Assembly (NCBI GenBank): GCA_009103225.1
Contig: RHPI01002823.1
Span: forward strand, 687,608-751,607
Reading direction: 5' to 3'
Source of the DNA: Chlorokybus atmophyticus
Taxonomy: Eukaryota > Plantae > Mesostigma and Chlorokybus algae
DNA length: 64,000 bases
The notes beneath the pieces were generated by a model, which searched no databases, was not told the DNA's origin, and worked only from the letters and a program-made list of their open reading frames with translations. Below, one piece after another: positions 60,301-64,000 of the stretch; the first letter of the stretch is position 1, and each line of letters opens with the position of its first letter. Made by a program: the position numbers and the translations under genes.

Positions 60301-61231
60301 TTTCTGGTTAGGGGTTACAATGCGCAGCGTAGAAGCTGAGCCGCCTGCTGTTTGCGTGGCACTTTGACGCACAACCAAGCGCACCCTTGCTGGGTTTGCC
60401 TTCTGCAGCAACACGCGCTTGCTATTAGCATCAACACAGCTGTCAGCAAAGTGACAACTGAAAATAACTCCCCGAAGGATCCCCGAAGCATGCTTGATAT
60501 CAATGGCTTTCAGTTAGTTGCTACCACGGACGCAATGCGATGGTGATGGGGAACGGAGCGCAGCTGCTGTTCTGTCAGACGGACTGCAGGCTGACGCAAG
60601 AACCGTCACAAGCAAGCTTCCACCATCTTACAGATAATGATCAAGCTAATCAAGCACAATTGTACTCGAAGTACTGCCAAGTAAGCCGCAACGATAAGTA
60701 CTCCAAGCTACTATGCAGCATTGCGGTGGCATTGTCTGAGTATTGCTTGTGCTGTATGGCACAAGCTGCGCCCATTGCACGCACCGTGTCTCGCAGTGAT
60801 CTGTCGCTGAACAGCAAGACGCAGCCCACCACCGCCCCGCCCCTTGCGCACAGCATCCTCTGCAAGCTGTATGGGACGACACAACCACCGCCACCACTGC
60901 GACCGCCGCCGCCGCCGCCGCCAGCTGGCACCCTTCGGCTGCTTTCTTACGCTACACACACTTCCGCCAGTCAATTGGAAGATGACAACGTACTTTCCGC
61001 AAAGGCTTCCAGAAGTGCAGGGCGTTCAACGCAAGTCCGAAGCACGTTGCGAGCACCAAACGCGACGACCAGCGACAGTTCGCTGTCACCGCACCGGTCC
61101 ACAAGACACATACTGCAACTTTGCCGGTCAGGTACCCACCAGGTGGGAAGCACGGCGGCAGGCGATTCAGCACAGCCTGGTAACGTCCGATCTAGACCAG
61201 CTTTGAGCGGGAACGACATGACAAGTAGCAT
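57390..61231 (-). CDS. P-class pentatricopeptide repeat (PPR) protein with long N-terminal extension; 5' structure uncertain
   Basis: About 10 or more PPR-like units, e.g. NVHFWTALISSLGDAGRIDEAATTFQRMKLLG, NAHIYVSLLAALGTAGKWQEALQLFYSM, PNEYTYAAIIKAVAESWQCERAEHLLREMQHAGSTPN, PDIVAWETLVAAYGKAGQ. Last exon DQQTAVAIASAAIAAAGSAVISTGLW* (TGA 57392-57390). Confidence 0.9.
60090..60348 (-). repeat. Two tandem coding repeats (~120-135 bp) in the PPR N-terminal extension
   Basis: Peptides TLRIVTPNQK..DGQACSTTSFRIEPRVDR and TLRVAAPNQK..DGQACSTTSFRIEPRLDR. Confidence 0.85.
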
Positions 61232-61479
61232 GATGTGACGTAATTATAATTGCCGGCAAACGGCGAGCACACAGTGCAACACACCTGCCGTCAATGCGTT
61301 GTAATGACGCGTGCGTGCGTGCAACAAAGGCTCGCGTTTACAGCTGAGAAAGCGCATAACTGAGACGCTGGCATTAAGCAGTGCGCTGCGTCAGGCGGCA
61401 GCGGCGGCAGCCGGGTCGAGAGTAGGGGCGTGGGCTCCGACGAGGGTGGTGGGGTGGGTGGGGTGCAGCAGAGTTCCTG

Positions 61480-64000
61480 ATGGCGGCCGGGATGGATGCC
61501 GAGGCCGGCGCCGATGGGCACAAGCCGGCGGCTGAGACCAAGCCCCTGAGCCCCACCGCCGCTGCCCAGGCCGCCGGCAATGGCAAGCCAGACTTTGTCC
61601 GGGTGGCTATCTGCGTCGTTGGCATTGTCGGCTGCCTCATGATTTACGGCTTGCTCCAGGTGAGGACAGAATATGTATCTCGCAAGCTGTTGGCCAGTGC
61701 TTGCTGTGGCCTAGTGCATCACGGCAACGCGGCACCGTATGCCAGCTTTTGTGCCTCAGAACAATCTGCTCCGTTTATACCTCTTGAGCAATGCATTCAA
61801 CATTGCCTTCAATCCATGAATGGTGCTGCTCGTGTACGGCTTGACTTGACATACCATGACGTCAGGCAGTTTTATGCTAGCTCGCACGGGTTGTCAGTCA
61901 CTCGTCAAATGTTGGCCGATGTGGGCCAGTGCAGTGCATGATTGCACTCGCGTCTCGTCCACCAAGTTGTCGTTATCTAGTTCCTCTCAACGTCGCTCTA
62001 AACACTTTGCGTGCATGCAGGAGAGAATCATGACGCAGCCTTTCGGGGAGCAGGGCGAGATGTTCAAGAACTCTCTCTTCCTTGTGCTGTGTAACCGACT
62101 TGTGACTTGCGCGATCGCTTTTGGCACACTATTGGTAAGCCCTGAAGCTCACGACATCCTCATAAGCATGCTGGCGCAACGGAGTATAAGGTTGCAACTT
62201 TAATCTATATTATGCATTAGCATTGGAAGTGGCATTTGGCACTTGACTGACTGCGAGCGACTAGTGCTGAAGCTGGGTTACAATTCAATGGCTTGCAACT
62301 TGCATTGGCTCAGTACTGTCTCAAATTGGGTCGTCCGCCAATGCGATGCAGGTTAGAGGCCGGCCGATCGCTCCTGTTGCACCAGTGTACAAATACGCCT
62401 TAATCTCACTGTCCAATGTGGCAGCCACTACCTGCCAGTATGAGGTAGGCCACGAGTTTGTGCACTCTTTGCCCGGCCAAATCAACAACGGTTGGGTACT
62501 GTCAAGGAGTTGTCTCTTGCATATGGCAATCAACTTCGTAGATAGTTGCTGCTTGGATTGAGCTAACGCCTGGTCTGCGGTTGGCATGCCACTGTTAATC
62601 TTTTTGTTGCGTGTCAATTGAACAACCTCAAGCATGTGCACCCTGCAATAATCTCCTCACGTGATCTCACATATTTGTTCTGTTCAGGCTTTGAAGTACC
62701 TCTCCTTCCCCATGCAAACTCTCGGCAAATGCGCCAAGATGATTCCTGTCATGGTATAGATGTCCGCTTTGCTCCCGGTAGTTGTGCTGCAGGCTTGTAC
62801 TCAGAGCGTGCGAGATATGTTGTCTTATGCATGCGCGTGCTCGGCAGATCTGGGGTACCATTATCATGAAGAAGAAGTACGGTGGCGCTGACTACTTGGT
62901 TGCAGTCGCCGTGACCATTGGCTGCACCGTTTTCGTTCTTGCCGGGGTACGCATGGAAACTATGGAGGCGACAGTACTGGATACCTCGCAGTTGCAAGTT
63001 GTGCTGACCTGCTCGCATTGCCAACTTGCAGGAGACCTCTTCAAAGGCTGCTGTTGGCATGACAGCACTGCAAAGTCTGCTGTTTGGTTCCCTCCTGATG
63101 ATTGGCTATCTTGGGTATGCACCAGGAGTTGCACATTGGAAGTGTTAGTGGCGTGCACACAATGCCACTCTAGTACTTGATGACTGTAGCAGTAGTGACT
63201 TTGCCACTAATACTGTCAACTGCAGGTTTGACGGGTTCACAAGCACTTTCCAAGACATGCTTTTCAAGGGTTACCAGATGGACATTTTCAACCAAATTCT
63301 GTATGTGACCATGTGTTCTTCCGGCATCAGCTCCTTGGGTAAGTCAAGCAGCAGTTGTTTGTTTAGTTTAATCGAGATTAACATTACAGTATGTGAAGTC
63401 GCATCTGCTGCCCGAGCAGCATTAGCAATCCGTTAGTCAGCTTGCACCGACATGCACACAGCCTACTACATGTAATGTTACATGATGTCAAGACTCAGGA
63501 AGTAGTGTTTTGTCCAGCTCGCGGTCCCTCCTAGTCCTGTTGTGAGCTGCTCATCATGACGACTTGTTGCTACTATCATCAACAAGGAAGACCACCATCA
63601 CCCTTTGCATTAACTTTCAACTGGCATACCAGCCCAGTTGTATCTGAAGTGCAGCACTCACCATCACCTGTGCATGTGTGCAGGACTTATCAGCTCCGGC
63701 CAGTTCCTTCCCTCCCTTTCATTTGTGCTTCGCTACCCTTCGTCGTTGTTTTCCATCCTGGCTCTCTCACTGGTACGATGGTTGTATGCCTGCAGATAGA
63801 CATGGTGCATTGGACCTGTGGTGTGCATCACACCACAGGTGAGGCACCATGAAGTGGTGTTCTGTTCTCTATGCTAGTGCAGTTGGCAACTCTAGACGTC
63901 ATGTTGCAGTTATATCAGACTGGCACAAGCTCTTACAAGGAACTGTGTTTTGGCAGTCTGCTACCTTCGGCCAGATGTTCATCTCTTACACAATCCGTAC
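61480..64000 (+). CDS. UAA-family nucleotide-sugar/PAPS transporter (SLC35B-like), runs off the window end
   Basis: Spliced VAICVVGIVGCLMIYGLLQ/ERIMTQPFG..FKNSLFLVLCNRL/..SLSNVAATTCQYE/ALKYLSFPMQTLGKCAKMIPVM/IWGTIIMKKKY..YLVAVAVTIGC/..FDGFTSTFQDMLFKGYQM. Confidence 0.92.

Noticed and set aside
60650-60931. ORF with a vague OTU-like feel in the PPR 5' region
   Set aside because: No DGNC/His catalytic motifs; probably an off-frame reading.

Overview
Eukaryotic nuclear DNA with intron-rich genes and the standard code (TAA, TAG and TGA all seen as stops). It is almost certainly from a green alga, based on nuclear petM, plastid HSP70, a plant-type MED14, a multi-repeat PPR and a plastid zf-DNL. 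An early-diverging streptophyte is plausible but is inference only. Recognisable genes in order: two tandem paralogues (-) encoding secreted proteins with a C-type lectin domain, Pro-rich linker and bacterial-like DUF1349/ConA-type beta-sandwich; plastid HSP70 (+); an orphan coiled-coil gene (+); an isolated RCL1-like last exon (+); a class I (SIRT2/3-like) sirtuin with an apparent N-terminal ZnF-UBP (-); a GRIP golgin (+); MED14 (-); petM (+); zf-DNL/Zim17-like (-); a second orphan coiled-coil gene (+); an F-box gene (-); a PPR gene (-); and the 5' part of a UAA/SLC35B transporter (+). The 19.9-25.0 kb stretch has assembly problems: an exact 866-bp duplicate joined by poly-C and one N, a 291-N gap, and a ~545-bp (AG)n. 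The best novelty candidates are the dual-lectin paralogue pair and the ZnF-UBP-sirtuin fusion. Family assignments come from remembered motifs, not database searches, and exon models were assembled by hand from splice signals and frame continuity.
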